A stretch of 64,000 bases of DNA, taken from the NCBI RefSeq assembly GCF_030144855.1, contig NC_082706.1, positions 45,260,001 through 45,324,000 on the forward strand, in the 5' to 3' direction. A program made the translations under genes and the position numbers. Below the pieces are notes generated by a model, which saw nothing but the letters and a program-made list of their open reading frames with translations, did not search any database and was not told the origin of the DNA. Shown here one piece after another: positions 50,601 through 63,445 of the stretch. Origin of the DNA: Hypanus sabinus. Its lineage: Eukaryota. Each line of letters starts with the position of its first letter. Position 1 is the stretch's first letter.

Positions 50601-53600
50601 GCCTTTAAAATGCTTTAAATGTCAGAAATTCGGGCATATCGCGGCGGTATGCAGAGGGAAACAAAAATGTGGGAGATGCCCTGGAGAACATGAATATGGG
50701 AAATGCGAGGCGGAAGCTGGGCTGAAATGTTGCAATTGTGGTGGGGAACACGGTGCAGCTTATCGAGGGGGCATTAATAGCAAGAAGGCAGCTGAGATAC
50801 AACATGTTAAAGTAACAAGGGATTAGCTATGCAGAGGCAGTGAAAGGAATTGCTGAAAAAGAGACGGCGATCAAGTGAACAAATATAGGGAATAATAAGC
50901 CAGTGAACTGTGAGGGCTGTAATGTGATAAATAAGGATGCACTAATAACGAGTAGAAAGGATTTCGTACTGTTCATGGTAGATGTAATTAACTGTTTAGT
51001 GTTAACAGACAAGAGAACCAAGAAAGTTAAAATTATAGTCAGGTCTGCAGAAAAATATCTTGGTATTACAGGGCTTTGGTGGGAAGTAGTTAAAGAAACA
51101 CTGAATTGAGGTTCAAACAGTTCACAGGCAGGGGAGGCGGGATCTTAATGGCAGTATATATATTTTACAATGGAATGCAAGGAGTCTTATCGCAAATAGT
51201 CTAGAATTTAAGAAATATGTATCAGAGCTTAAGGAAAAAACTCAGATTTTATGTATACAGGAAACATGGTTGAAACCACAATTAGATTTTGTTTTACAGC
51301 TATTAGGAAGGATAGAAGTAATGGCAATGTGAGAGGAGTAGCAATATTTATAACCAGTGGGCTGAGGTGTAATATAATCAACATAGGGCAGAAATATGAA
51401 TCAATAACAATCAAAATTTGGATAGGCAGAGAACGTTTTGTAATAATAAATTATTATAATCCATGTAGAAGATTAAGCAAAGATGCATTAAACACAGTGG
51501 GTGGTGGGATGAAAGGGAAAATAATATGGTGTGGGGATTTCAATGGACACAGTCAACTATGGGGATGTAAAAATATTGATGAAAACGGATTAATGATAGA
51601 AGAATTTATAGATGATAAAAATTGGCATGTATAAATAATGGACAAGGTACGAGATATAACATTTCCCAAAACATAGAATCCACAATAGACTTAACATTTG
51701 TAGGTAGAGAATTAGCAGGGATCAGTACTTGGAACATATTAAAACTAACTGCAGTAGGAAGTGATCATTATCCCATACTCACAAAGATTCAGATTAAAAT
51801 AGAACAAAATAAAGGACCTAGAGTGTCAAGGTGGAAACTAAATAAGGCAGATTGGGAAATATTTTAAAGAAGAAGTGAAGTAAGATGAATAAAGATTTTA
51901 GATGAAAATATATTGGATATAGAAGAAATGAATGATAAATTGGTCACAGCAGCAGTTATAAATTCAGCAGAAGAAACAATTCCAAAAAATAAAGGTAGAG
52001 GAAAGAGTTAAAGTGTTCCATGGTGGAATTGTGAAAGTAGTAGAAGTATAAAAGTAAGAAAAACAGCATTTAAAGAGTAAAAATGACAACATTCGGTAGA
52101 AACATGAATACAATATAAAATAGCACAAGCAGAAGTTTGGAAAATAATCAAAATTGGAAAAGAAACTCAACTGCCTGAAATACGGGGCATGATAAGGAAA
52201 ATGAATGATATAAGAAGTAGCAAAGAGATTCCTGTACTAAAAAGCAAGGACAAAGTTGCAATTAACAATGTAGAAAAAGCAGAAATATTGGCAAAAACTT
52301 TTGTTAACATACATAGCTTGGAAAATTTGACTGTTGAGGCTAGACAACAAAGGGAGGAGAGGCTTTAGCAAAATTCAGGAATTATGGACAAAAGAGCAAC
52401 ATCAGAAGAAGTGCTGGAGACACCTATTTGCAAAACAAAAATAGAAAGAGCTATTATGAATGCGCGGCCAACTTGTCTGGGAAGGATCAAGTATGGAGTA
52501 TAATGCTGAAGCACTTATCAGGAAGTGCACTTCTAGTTCTGCAGAGACTGTTTCATGATAAATGGGAAAGAGGTAAAATACCATCTGCATGGAAACATTC
52601 TGCTATTGTTCCAATATTAAAACCTGGTAAAGATTCATCAGACCCATCAAACTATAGACCAATTGCATTAATTTCACAGCTAGGTAAACTTACGGAATGA
52701 ATAATAACTGATAGGCTTACATACTTTCTAGAAAAAAGAATTCTTATTTCTCCCTACCAAAGTGGTTTTCACAAAGGAAGAACTACAGTAGATTCAATAC
52801 ATAGCTTGGAAACTGAAATTAGAAAGGCTCAAACAAATAAAGAAATGGTACTGGCAGTATTCTTCAACAGAGAAAAGGCATATAATATGCTCTGCAAAAG
52901 GGAGTGTTAATTAAATTGAAAAAATTAGGGGTGGAAGGAAAATTATATAACTGGGTTCTAGACTATCTTTTTGATCAAACAATTCAAGTCAAGGTGGAAG
53001 AAGAGTACGCCAGAACATATTCGGTTGAAAATGAACACCACAAGGTAGTGTCTGCAGTCCATTACTATTTACCATAATGATAAATGACATATTTGCACAA
53101 GTTGAAAATAGAGTGGGGAAATCCTTATCTGCAGATGATGGGGCTTTATGGGTGAGGGGAAAAAATCTAATTTATATACAAAGGAAAATGCAAGATGCAA
53201 TTAATAAGGTGGAGGAGTGGGCAAATAAATGGGGTTTCAAATTGTCTCCAAGTAAGTCGCAAGTGATATGTTTATCAAGAAATCAGAAACCAGTTTGCGT
53301 GAAATCAAATGAACAAAAATTAGAGCAGATAAAGATAATTCCGTTCCTCGGTTTGTTATTTGATGAGAAACTTACATGGAAAAAGCAAATTGAGAAAATT
53401 ACGAGCAAATGTAACAAAATAAGCAACTTATTGAGGTGTCTTGCTGGACAGGATTGGAGTACAAGCAGGATATTGTTATTAAATATTTATCAAGCTCTAA
53501 TGAGGGCTACTCTGGATTGTGGATGTGCAGCATACATGTCAGCTGCAGAAAGTAATTTAAAAATGCTGGATGTTGAGCGAGCTCAGGCCCTCAGGATACG

Positions 53601-54962
53601 TAGTGGTGCATCAGCTGTATCAGCTCTTCAAGTCAAAATGGGGGAAATGCCTTTAAGACTTAGAAGAATAAAGCTAATGCTACATTACTGGGTTAACACC
53701 ATGGGGTATAACTACTCACATCCAGCTAAAGCTATATTAAAAGACTGCTGGGAACATAATAATCCAAATTATAATAGCTTTGGATGGATTGGGGATGCAG
53801 CAGCACAAAAATATGATCTGCACAAAATGGAATATAGCCCTACAGTTCCATTACCTGATGTTCCTCCATGGCTCTTTACAATACATACAGTGGATACAAA
53901 CCTGCAACAACTTTTTAAAAAGTAGTCTAACTGTGGAACCAAATTGATAGTACAAGAATATATAGACCTGCATTTTAGAAACAAATTAGTAATATTTACG
54001 GATGGCTCCAAAGAACCTTGCTCTGGCCACACAGGTATTGCAGTCTACATTCCTCAGTGCAAAACTAGTATCAGGAAAAGAACATCAAACCACTTATCAG
54101 TGTATACAACAGAATTAATGGCAATATTGAGTGAATTATCTTGGTTAGAAGAAAATAATGCCAAAAAGCTGTAATCTGTTCAGACACTTTGTCTGCATTA
54201 ACCTCTATCAAATCTAGAAAATCAGAAAGTAGACAGGATATTTTATTGGAGATTCTATGCAAGTTATATACACTGACCAAAATGGGGTAGAAATAAGCTT
54301 CCTTTGGGTTCCTGCTCATAGTGGTGTGGAGGGTAATGAAAAGGTGGACATTATAGTTAAACAATCACTCAAATCATCTATAATACAGGTCCAGATCCCT
54401 CTAAGCAAAGTGGAAGTCAAAAGCATTATAAAAACAGGTATTGAGGAGACGTGGCAGAAACATTGGGATGAGAGTGAAACAGGGAGACAACTGTACAAAA
54501 TACAAGGGCAAGTCAGATACCAAAGAATATCAGGTGGGCATAGAAAGATAGAAGTGATCATCAGTCATTCAAGAATTGGACACACAAGTCTTAATTACAC
54601 ATTATACTAAATAGGGAAACGTCCAACTGGGTTGTGTGAAATCTGCAATCAACCAGAAACAGTTGGACATGTATTGATTAAATGTAAGAAGTATGAAAGA
54701 GAAAGGGTGAAGATGATAGGAGCGCTTAAGATGAACAAAAATAAAACTGCTGTGGGTAAAGAAGACATTTTGGGAGTTCAAGAGAAATACGGACCTATAT
54801 CATGGAGTATCTGAAAGACTCTGGTTTATAGTATAGAATTTAGGGAACGCATTTCTTTCCTCCTGTTTATCAAACGATCCACACTCCAGTCTAGCAGGTG
54901 GCGGTAATGCACCTTAAAGCTGGTTTGGCAACCGTCATAAAACAAAATAAGAAGAAGCAGAA
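47656..54962 (+). mobile_element. Full-length Nimb/I-clade LINE (dead), ~5 kb excluding nested CR1
   Basis: ORF1 with three CCHC-like knuckles; APE; RT; RNase H (IFTDGSK, TELMAI, WVPAHSGVEGNEKVD); CEIC..HVLIKC; AAG-rich tail; TSD GCTCAG(T/C)CGTTTG at 47643-47655 / 54963-54975. Confidence 0.88.
47881..50145 (-). mobile_element. 5'-truncated CR1 LINE nested in Nimb ORF1
   Basis: ORF2 pieces 48154-49619 and 49881-50072 (YLDLQKAFDKVP, GVPQGSVLGP, KFADDTKL); tail at ~47885. Confidence 0.93.
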
Positions 54963-56217
54963 GCTCAGCCGTTTGCCAGATTATCAGGAGGGTGGGCGGC
55001 TACAGGACACTTGATATGCCCGCTTGGTGGTGCGGCCGGTCGTTGCAGCCGCCACAGTCCAAATTCCTCGCCGCCAGCTCACTACCAAGGACAGCCCCGC
55101 ACTGATTACGGAGAAGGTGTTGTCCACTCTGAAGGGCAGAAACGAGGGACAGTGTGATATCGCAGAGACAATGCTGAGAATCATCAATGAATATTGTTGT
55201 CACACTGAGGGAGCGCCGCACTGTGGGAGGGGCGAGTGAGTTACAGTGTGGGAGGGGTAATTCTGAGGAAGAGTCACACTGTGTGAGGGGTGATACTGTG
55301 TGAGATCTCTCTCCTAAAGTTGAAAATAGCGGCCAAATCCTAAAAGTTCGGGTTTAGAGACCTCCAGAAGGTTTTGGGAGAATGGGGTATCATATTGACA
55401 GTGGACTGGAGCGGGTACTTTCCTGCAAGGACCCGGTTTTTGAAGTTTTCGGTCCGTGTTTCTCGGGCGCTGAGCAGTGGCTGCAGCTGACTGATTGCCA
55501 AAGTTCGAGTTTTTAACTTTGTCGGGAGCGGGAACGGATTAAATCCGTTTTGAAACGGCGGAAACCCCTCCCGTTTAGATTGCCGAGCTCAGGGCGATTG
55601 GGAAGACTTCGGAGCGGCCGGAGGAAGAGCGGACTGACCTGGGAGACACCTTCGTTTTTGCAGCAGCACGGATGGGGCTGAGGTTTTTCAACCAGACGGA
55701 CATCCAGCCTGTCCACGGATAACTCCCATCTCCCTCCCCTCTCTCAACTGTTTCTTTTTGAGAGATTATTTGCTGGGGTCTCGCTGTGTTTAGAGTTCTG
55801 TAGTTGTCGAATTTCGGACTGAGTAGTGACTGTCATGACAGCGTGCATCTCCAATATGTCGGCATCGCAGTCGTATGCGGAGACTGCGGGCGCTGGAATT
55901 ACATCCCGCGAAGTGAGTCACCCTTTCAAATTAATGGCTCCGAAAGATGCTGTATAACGTACGGAACCAACTTCAGTCAGTAGGAAGGACGCTTTGAAGC
56001 CGACGTCGCTGGGCCTCCCCCCGCTGCTCCCCTCTTTCTGTTCCTCCCGTCGGCAGCCCCCCCCCCCCCCCTTCACAGTGCCTGTGGCGATGGAGGTCGG
56101 TGATGGGCGCGGCACGGGTGAAGATAGGGAGTGGGTTGAGGTAGGAAGGCAAAGAGAAACTAGAAACACACCGAGGCTTCTACCACTGCGAAGGGGCGGG
56201 CAGTTCCTGTTAAACAT

Positions 56218-56775
56218 CTTGAGAGTAGAGGAGGCCATGGATAGACATATCAGAATATCCATATAAATATCCATAGCCTCCTCTTCTGTCAAGATGAATC
56301 CACACTCAGGTTGGAGGAACAACACCTTATATACCGGCTGGGTAGCCACCATGATAATGGCATGAACATTGACCTCTAACTTCCGTTAATGCCCCTCCTC
56401 CCCTTCTTACCCCATCCCTGACATAATTAATTGTTTGTTTTTTTTCTCTCGCTCTCTGCCCATCACCCTGCCTATTCTCCATCTCCCTCTGGTGCTCCCG
56501 CTCCCATTTTCTTTCTCCCGAGGCCTCCTGTACAATGATCCTTTCCCTTCTCCAGCTCTGTATCACTTTCAACAATCACCTTTCCAGCTCTGAGCTTCAT
56601 CCTACCCCCTCCAGTCTTCTATCATTTTGCATTTCCCCCTCCCCCCACTATCAAATCTCTTAGTATCTCTCCTTTCGGTTAGTCCTGACGAAGGGTCTCG
56701 GCCCGAAATGTCGACAGTGCTTCTTCCTATAGATGCTGCCTGGCCTGCTGGGTTCCACCAGCATTTTGTGTGTGT
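56218..56775 (+). mobile_element. Penelope-like element 3' end with 5' inversion
   Basis: QDESTLRLEEQHLIYRLGS..GMNID (GIY-YIG C-terminus-like), pyrimidine-rich UTR, hammerhead motif. Confidence 0.8.
56682..56715 (+). ncRNA. Minimal type-I hammerhead ribozyme motif
   Basis: GTC-CTGACGA-A-GGGT CTCG GCCC-GAAA-TGTC-GAC: core, helix II, GUC cleavage triplet, 3-bp helix I. Confidence 0.6.
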
Positions 56776-56784
56776 AGGATGCAG

Positions 56785-57615
56785 AAGGACTTGGACAGAT
56801 TAGGAGAATGGGCAAGAAAATGGCAAATGAAATACAATGTTGGAAAATGCATGGTCATGCACTTTAGGAGTAGAAATAAATGTGTGGATTATTTTCTAAA
56901 TGGGGAGAAAATGAGATGCAGAGGAACTTGGGAATCCTTGAGCAGAATACCCTGAAAGTGAACTTGCAGGTTGAGTGGGTGGTGAGGAAGGCAAATGCCA
57001 TGTTTGCATTAATTTCAGAGGCCAGAATTTAAGAGCAGGGATGTGATCTTGAGGCTTTAAAAGGCACTGGCGAGGCCTCACCTTGAGCATTGTGAACAGC
57101 TTTGGGCTCCTTATCTAAGAAAAGATGTGCTGGCTTTGGGGAGGGTTCAGATGAGGTTCACAGGATGATTCTGGGAATGAAAGGTTTATCACAAGAGGAA
57201 TGTTTGATGGCTCTGGGCCTGTGCTTGCTGGAATTTAGAAGGATTATGAGGATCTCTTTGAAATCTTTTGAATGTTGAAAGCCCCAGACAGAGTAGATGT
57301 GGAAAGGATGTCTCCCATGTTGGGGGAATCTAGGACAGGAGAACAGGGCCTCAGAGGAACATCCATTTCATACAAAAATGTGGAGAAATTTCTTTAGCCA
57401 GAATTTCTGGAATTTGTTACGGACAACTGTGGAAGCCAGGTCATTGGGTGTATTTAAGGCAAACATTGATAGGTTCTTGATTGGCCATGGCATCAAAGGT
57501 TATGGGGAAGAGGCTGGGGTGTGGGGCTGAGGAGGGGGGAAAATGGATCAGCCATGACTGAATGTTTAAGCAGATTTGATGGACCAAATGGCCTAATTCT
57601 GCTCCTATGTTTTAT
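56785..57615 (+). mobile_element. CR1 3' fragment
   Basis: MQKDLDRLGEWARKWQMKYNVGKC; tail GGATCAGCCATGA..TGGCCTAATTCTGCTCCTATG. Confidence 0.88.
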
Positions 57616-57754
57616 CATTTTCTCATGGATATTCAGGGCAACACTTGTTACTAAATAAATGATTCAGTTATCCTCATACTGAAATTTGCAGAATATTTCT
57701 GTGTACTCTGCAGATTACTGCTGTACCTGTATGATAACTGATCCACATACTTAC

Positions 57755-58048
57755 ACTGCACAGTTAGTGTGAGGGTCTGCTCCGATGAAACTGATGGGTA
57801 TCTGACTCTGCAGGTGAGATTTTGCCCGTGGTGTTTGGGTGCTGGGGTCATGGTCAGGACAGAAGTATATGTCAGAGTGTTGTTCCACCGAGTTACACTG
57901 CTTGAGACTGATGGTGGGACATCTGTGGGGGTGACCCAGGTTAAGTTGGGTGAAGTTCCATCACACGTGGTGTTGAAGATGCAGGTTATGGTCACAGACT
58001 TTCCTTTGACAATTTCACCAGCGAATATCGTGGGTTTATCTGTGAAAT
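57755..58048 (-). CDS. Siglec-like locus A: second Ig (C2) exon (intact)
   Basis: TGTTAG|AT TTC..CAG T|GTAAGT, 294 nt, phase 1-1; ITCIFNTTCDGTSPNLTW..NLTCRV; extra Cys for the interdomain bond. Confidence 0.92.
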
Positions 58049-59123
58049 CTAACATAGAAAAATGGATCCTTTTAGTTCAGTATCACCAGATGCATCAGTT
58101 CAGATAGAAATCCCAGCCCCACAACAGGAAAGGTGTTTACAGGATGATCCCTGAACAATGAGGGTAGAGTGTGAGGGAAAGTTGAACAGTGTGGGGTTCA
58201 TTACTCTTCTGAAAGCTGTTGAGAGGGGAAATGGGAATCAGAGTCCTCCACTGAGAGCCTCAATATCACACAGTCACTGATACATCCAGTGGGGTACGTC
58301 CTTCCCCAAACAGTGAGATATGGGCCAAGTGGACTTGATCATGGGGGTGATGAGTTCAAAAAGTTCAAATTAAATTTATCAGCAAAGTACATATACAGGT
58401 TGTTACCACATACTGTACTACCTTCAGATTCATTTTCTTGCAGGCATTTACAGGAAAAAAGAAATTGAATCGAATTTATAAAAATCTACGCAAACAAAGA
58501 CTGACAACAAAAAGACAATTTGCAAATTCAAAAAAATACTGTACTGAAAACATGAGTTGAAAAGAGTCCCTGAAAGTGAGCCTGTAGGGCAAAGAATCAG
58601 CTCAGAGTCGTGCTGTTTGAAGTTATTTGCACCATTCCCGGAGACTGGTGTTTGAAGGGGAGTAACTGTTCCTGAACTGGGTGGTGTGGGACACAAGACT
58701 TCTGTACCTCCTGCCCGATGTTAGTAGTGAGATCAGGGCATGGCCTGGATGGTGGATAAAAACACAAAGGACGAAGGAACGGAAGGAAGTGCGGATGGTT
58801 GGGATGGAGAAGGAGCGGAGGGTCGCTGGGAAGCCAAACTCTGCCACATGAGAGGTACCTAGTTTGGAAAGAAACTGCATGTAACTCTGAGAACCTCTTG
58901 TTTCCATGACAGCGGTATTTCAATATGTTTGGGAACATAAACTGGCTTTCATAACATAGTAACAGTCGGTACACTGAAGGCGCTGAGGCTGCTTCGGAAA
59001 TGAATGGGATATTTCCTGAAAAATGGGAGCTGTGACAAAGTGAATATGGACCCAGTACAAGTTTATATTATTCCCCACTGACTGCTGAATGTCTGCTGTT
59101 GAGTTACCACACAGAACACCTAC

Positions 59124-59489
59124 CAGAAACACGGATCCAAGTGACAGGCTGATAGTTGTAAAGATCACTTCCGGCAAACTCAATCCTGAAATAATATGGC
59201 CCTTCATCTTCCTGTGTGATGTTGTCGATAACCAGGGAACAGTCACCGTCTTTCAAGTCTCCAGACAGACGGGTCCGATGCTGAAACTTCTGCATCTCCT
59301 GACTGTGATCATTGGAGTGAAAGGCTATTTGATGATTTTCCTGGTTTTCACTGTTATACCAGATACCAGTCCTTGACTTCTTATCCAGACGTGACGGATA
59401 ACGATAGTGGCATGGAATCCGGGCACACAAGCCTCTCTGTGCTGTCACATCTGATGGTGTTTCAGCTCTCCACTCATTCGACACTGTGC
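59124..59489 (-). CDS. Siglec-like locus A: V-set sialic-acid-binding exon (intact)
   Basis: CTCCTCAG|GC..TCT G|GTAGGT, 366 nt; EWRAETP, GLCARIPC, GDCSL, YYFRIE, YNY (Siglec Cys pattern and essential Arg). Confidence 0.93.
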
Positions 59490-60426
59490 CTGAGGAGAGA
59501 ATGAACAATGTTTGGTAATGGACGACTTGTAAACACATTGGACTTGATGTCCACCCCCTTTATCACTCCTGCACTGTGGACATGGTGTGTACTGAGTGTG
59601 GGAGACACAAGGAAACCCACCAGGCCTCCTCATGGTTGGAGGGGACCTGTTAGTCGGGGGGGGGGGGGGTGGTGGAAGGATGAGTGGTGCACGTTCATTT
59701 TGTTTTGCCTCATTGGCTCAGGAACAAAAAAGTTGGTTTCACACTGTAAGGAAGAATCAACGACAGAGGTGTCATCTAACACTGCAGGAGGAAATGGAGT
59801 GGCCAAAACTGGTCTGCGTTCCTCTGTTGGGAATCACTTCCTGTTTGCTCTACCACGTGTCACTGTCTCTGCTCCTTCCATCCATCCACTACACTGGATC
59901 CATCAGATCTTACGGATCTAGGAATGAATATGGATCATTATTATCTAAGGGATCCCTGTGGGACTCCCACAGGTACAAGGATGCCGACGTGCCTGTGACT
60001 GAGTACCACAGATGCTGGTGACAGACAGGCTGCAGTAGGGGCCCGTTCTGACAGTTCCCACACTAACAGTGCAGCTTTCTCACAACCTGTCCCAGTCAAC
60101 AATGCAGCAATCCCACACACTGTCCTGCTCATACTGCAGCCCAGTCAACGTGTAACGTCACAGTACGTCACACTGGGGCAATTTGAATCTGCTGGAACAT
60201 AAACTGCCATGAGTAATGGATTTAGCAAAATACCTCACAGTGCTTCCCCCCCCCCAGTGACAATTGGGACTATTGTATCTACAATCGGCACTACCTCAAG
60301 AAGGCAACGCCCATCGTCAAACATCCCCACCGTCCGGACCGTGTCCTGTTCTCACAGCTCCCATTGGGCAGGAGGGACAGAAGCCTGAAGGCCCACATCA
60401 CCAGGTTCAGGAACAGCTCCTTCCTT

Positions 60427-61287
60427 TGTTATGGACTCAGCAACAATAAATATGAGTGGGGCAGGGGTTTTTATAATAAATAAAACATTTATTAAACACT
60501 GAAACCCCCCCCCCCCAGAAGTAAACAAATCACTAATGTAACCGGAAGTCAGCTGCTGTGTGGCAGCTTAAACAGTTCTTAAAGAGATGAAGCTTAAATA
60601 GTTCTTAAAGCGATGTTGCAAAAACAGTTCTTCAAAGTAGTACTGCAAAAGTTCAAAATGCTTACAGTCCATTAAAGGAGAGATTTTTTAGATGATTTAA
60701 ATTCTCTTTCACGTCGCGTCATTGCGGTTCCCAGTCGAACTATATTTTTCCCACGGAGAATTTACGAAGCTGGAAATGAAACGGCTTAAAGGCACTGACC
60801 TTTCCTTTGCAAAACTGTATCCAATCCTTGCTGCTGTATTTTGCCGGAACTAACACGGGGACAGCCAACAAATTCCTTCCGAATGAGGATCAAACAAGGT
60901 CGAACCTGTTTCACCATCAAAATCGACCTTCCTTGATCTTTTAGCTCCCGAACTCCAATCTTCACTCTCCACTGATTTTTAACTGGCAGTATTATAAAGA
61001 AACTGCCGGCAATGACCTTTAAAACTTTAGGCATTAAATAAAACTCCATTTTTCAACCAAACTGCACCATAATATTGAACCACGCAGTAGCATGAAGTCA
61101 AAATAGCGAATCCAGCCACGAACTGCCCCTCCTCACAGGGAGGGGTCCTCCTTTTATACCCTATATAAAAAAAGCTGTCACATGACCTCTACTGGCGGGA
61201 AAATGACGTCACTCCCCCATCACAAGACCATTACCTTAAGTCCAGTATAGCTTCAACACCACTGTCACGTGTCACGGGTACGTAACA
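60427..61287 (-). mobile_element. Solo LTR (861 bp)
   Basis: TGTTA...TAACA termini; 4-bp TSD CCTT (60423-60426 / 61288-61291); splits a LINE 3' fragment; minus-strand TATAAAAG at ~61151-61158 and AATAAA at ~60487. Confidence 0.88.
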
Positions 61288-62439
61288 CCTTTCAAACATT
61301 CTGATCTTGAACAAATACAACCACTCCATCAGTATCGCAACACCGTGACCACTTCGCATTACAATGGGCTTCTTTTGTTTCAGTTGAGTTTTTTCTTGTA
61401 AACTTGTGTAGAATTTGTTTTTCTCCTGAATGTTGTGCATCTCGTGTTAATGTACCTGTGATGCTACTGCAAGGAAGTTTTTCATTACACGTGCAGACAT
61501 GGACTTGAGCATCTGATAATAAACTCCACTTTAACACACGTGACTCTGAATGTGTGACAATCCAATATCTACAGTGCAGTGTTCCTTCTGCACCTCCCTT
61601 TTTCTTTTACAAGTTTATTCACACAAAAACACACAAAATACAAACGTACAAGACGGTGAACAAGTTCCAATGAACCTCCTGCCCCTCTCCTCTGGGGAGA
61701 GGCCTCGAGATGGTTGTTCTTTTTCTTCGCATTCCCTTCAGTCACCTGAACCCACCCCTCAGCGTCATCCACACTGTGCCCATCCCTGACTTTCACCACC
61801 AGTGGGGGGTGGGTGCGGAAGGATGACTGGAGGGGTATCAGCAGGGATATGGGCTCCGCAGTGCTGCCCTCTGCCTCTGAAGTGAAGTTAGCAGCCTTTG
61901 AGCATATCCAAAGGCTTTACAGGCACGTTGGCGTGATACTATAATAATGCCCCTCAAATTGCACCTGAAAGCCCCCACCTGCATTCCCACCCCGTTCCAG
62001 TTGCATGAGCAAGCGGCGCTGAAATGAGAAAAGGTGATCAAACCCCTGCAGAGGTGTCCTGTACCACACTGGGGTTGTATTTGACCGCACCAAGGGAGTG
62101 CAGCTGCGGAGGAGGGCCGTACCAGGGATATTGGGGGTGGGCATTAGAAATAATAACCAACTTCACAAGCACCAGCATCAACTCCACCATCACACCCATG
62201 GTGTCACACATTTCCACCATCAGCAAGACTGAACCAATACTGTTGAGTTGTCACTGACTATTCTTAAGGAGCCAGTGATGTCTCTGTGAAGCTGTTCACC
62301 AATCAGCCGGGCTCTCGCCCCACTGCCCCACGCGTTCCATCCCCGAATGATCCAATTCCCACCGGTTAATCTTGTTAACGCTGCTTCCTCTACCCTGATG
62401 AGACACTGAGTAACGGAGAGAGGTTGAACTGGTTGGGAC

Positions 62440-63050
62440 ATTCTTCATCAGAGTGTCTCATACAGGGTGATCATATTGAGGTGTATAAAATCATAACGGA
62501 CACCGACAGGGTAAAAGTTCACAGTCTTTTTCCCAGATTTGGGAAATCAAGACCACAGAGGCAATGGTTAAAAGTGATGGGGGAGAGATTTAATAGGGAA
62601 TCGAGGAACAATTTCTTCTCCCGGAAAGTGAACAATATAGAAGACCATAAAACTATAACACACAGAAGTAGAATCAGCCCATCAAGTTGCTCCACCATAC
62701 TCACACAATGGAATTCTCAACCACATTCTCCTGCCTTCTCCTTGTAACTTTGAGATCCTTTCTAATCAAGAAACTATCAGCCTCTGCTTTAAATAAACCG
62801 AATGAATCGGCCTCCACAGTTGACTGTGGAAAGACATTCTACAGAGTCACCACACTCTGGCTGAAGAATATCCTCCTCTCTCTGTTCTAAAGGGAAGATT
62901 CTGTTCGGAGATAGTGGCCTCTAGTCTGAGACTCTGCCACGATAGGAAACGCCACTCCATGAGGAACAAGCTGCCAGAGGAAGTTGTTGAGGCAGGTAGA
63001 TTAACAACATATGGACAGGAACATGGAGTGGAGATGTTTAGAAGGGGCAG
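62440..63050. mobile_element. Cluster of short CR1 fragments (both strands); another at 63770-64000
   Basis: GDHIEVYKII..; CATAACACACAGAAGTAGAATCAGCCC tail; GCTGCCAGAGGAAGTTGTTGAGGC. Confidence 0.7.
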
Positions 63051-63390
63051 AGGTGGACAAATGTCGAGATGAAGGGACTCCACCCAAAATGTTTATTCCC
63101 CTCCAGAGATGCTTGCTGACCTGCTGAGTTCCTTCAGTGTTTTGTGTGTGTTGCTCAAGATTTCCAACACCTGTAGAATATTTTCAATTTGTGAATAATT
63201 TAGATGGGAATCTTGGTCAGCAGAAACAATTTGGGCTGAAGGGCCTGTTTATGTGTTGTATGACTCTGGCTCTTTCAGCTAACCAGTCGGACACACAGCC
63301 CAGCCCCCTACTCAGCCCTGAGTACCCTGGTCACACCAGCCAGACTAGAGGAAAATCAGGGATTTGCTGCCCGAACTCCTGCAGATTTAC

Positions 63391-63445
63391 CTTGAAGAAG
63401 TGGCAGGAGGAAGTACACCTTTCCGATTGTTCTCAGATCCAGCAT
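63391..63445 (-). CDS. Siglec-like locus A: signal-peptide exon (exon 63391-63470 including UTR)
   Basis: CTTTCTTTTTCAG| acceptor, ATG at 63445, MLDLRTIGKVYFLLPLLQ G|GTAAAT, phase 1, joins the V exon as ..LLQGTVS-NEW. Confidence 0.75.

Larger units (their letters stand above)
44972..55056 (-). mobile_element. Gmr1-type copy 2 (LTR, PBS, gag, protease, integrase start), interrupted by LINEs
   Basis: Reverse complement of 39757-42310; LTR split into 47299-47655 and 54963-55056 (minus strand begins TGTGGCGGC). Confidence 0.92.

Noticed and set aside
59745-59844. Alternative leader MTPLSLILPY with nearby ETS motif ACAGGAAGTG (59835-59844)
   Set aside because: Weak donor GTGTGA and poor signal peptide; a better leader exon exists at 63391-63445; one ETS match is not evidence
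61838-62226. Minus-strand ORFs after a TTTTCTCATTTCAG acceptor-like site
   Set aside because: No recognisable domain or consistent phase
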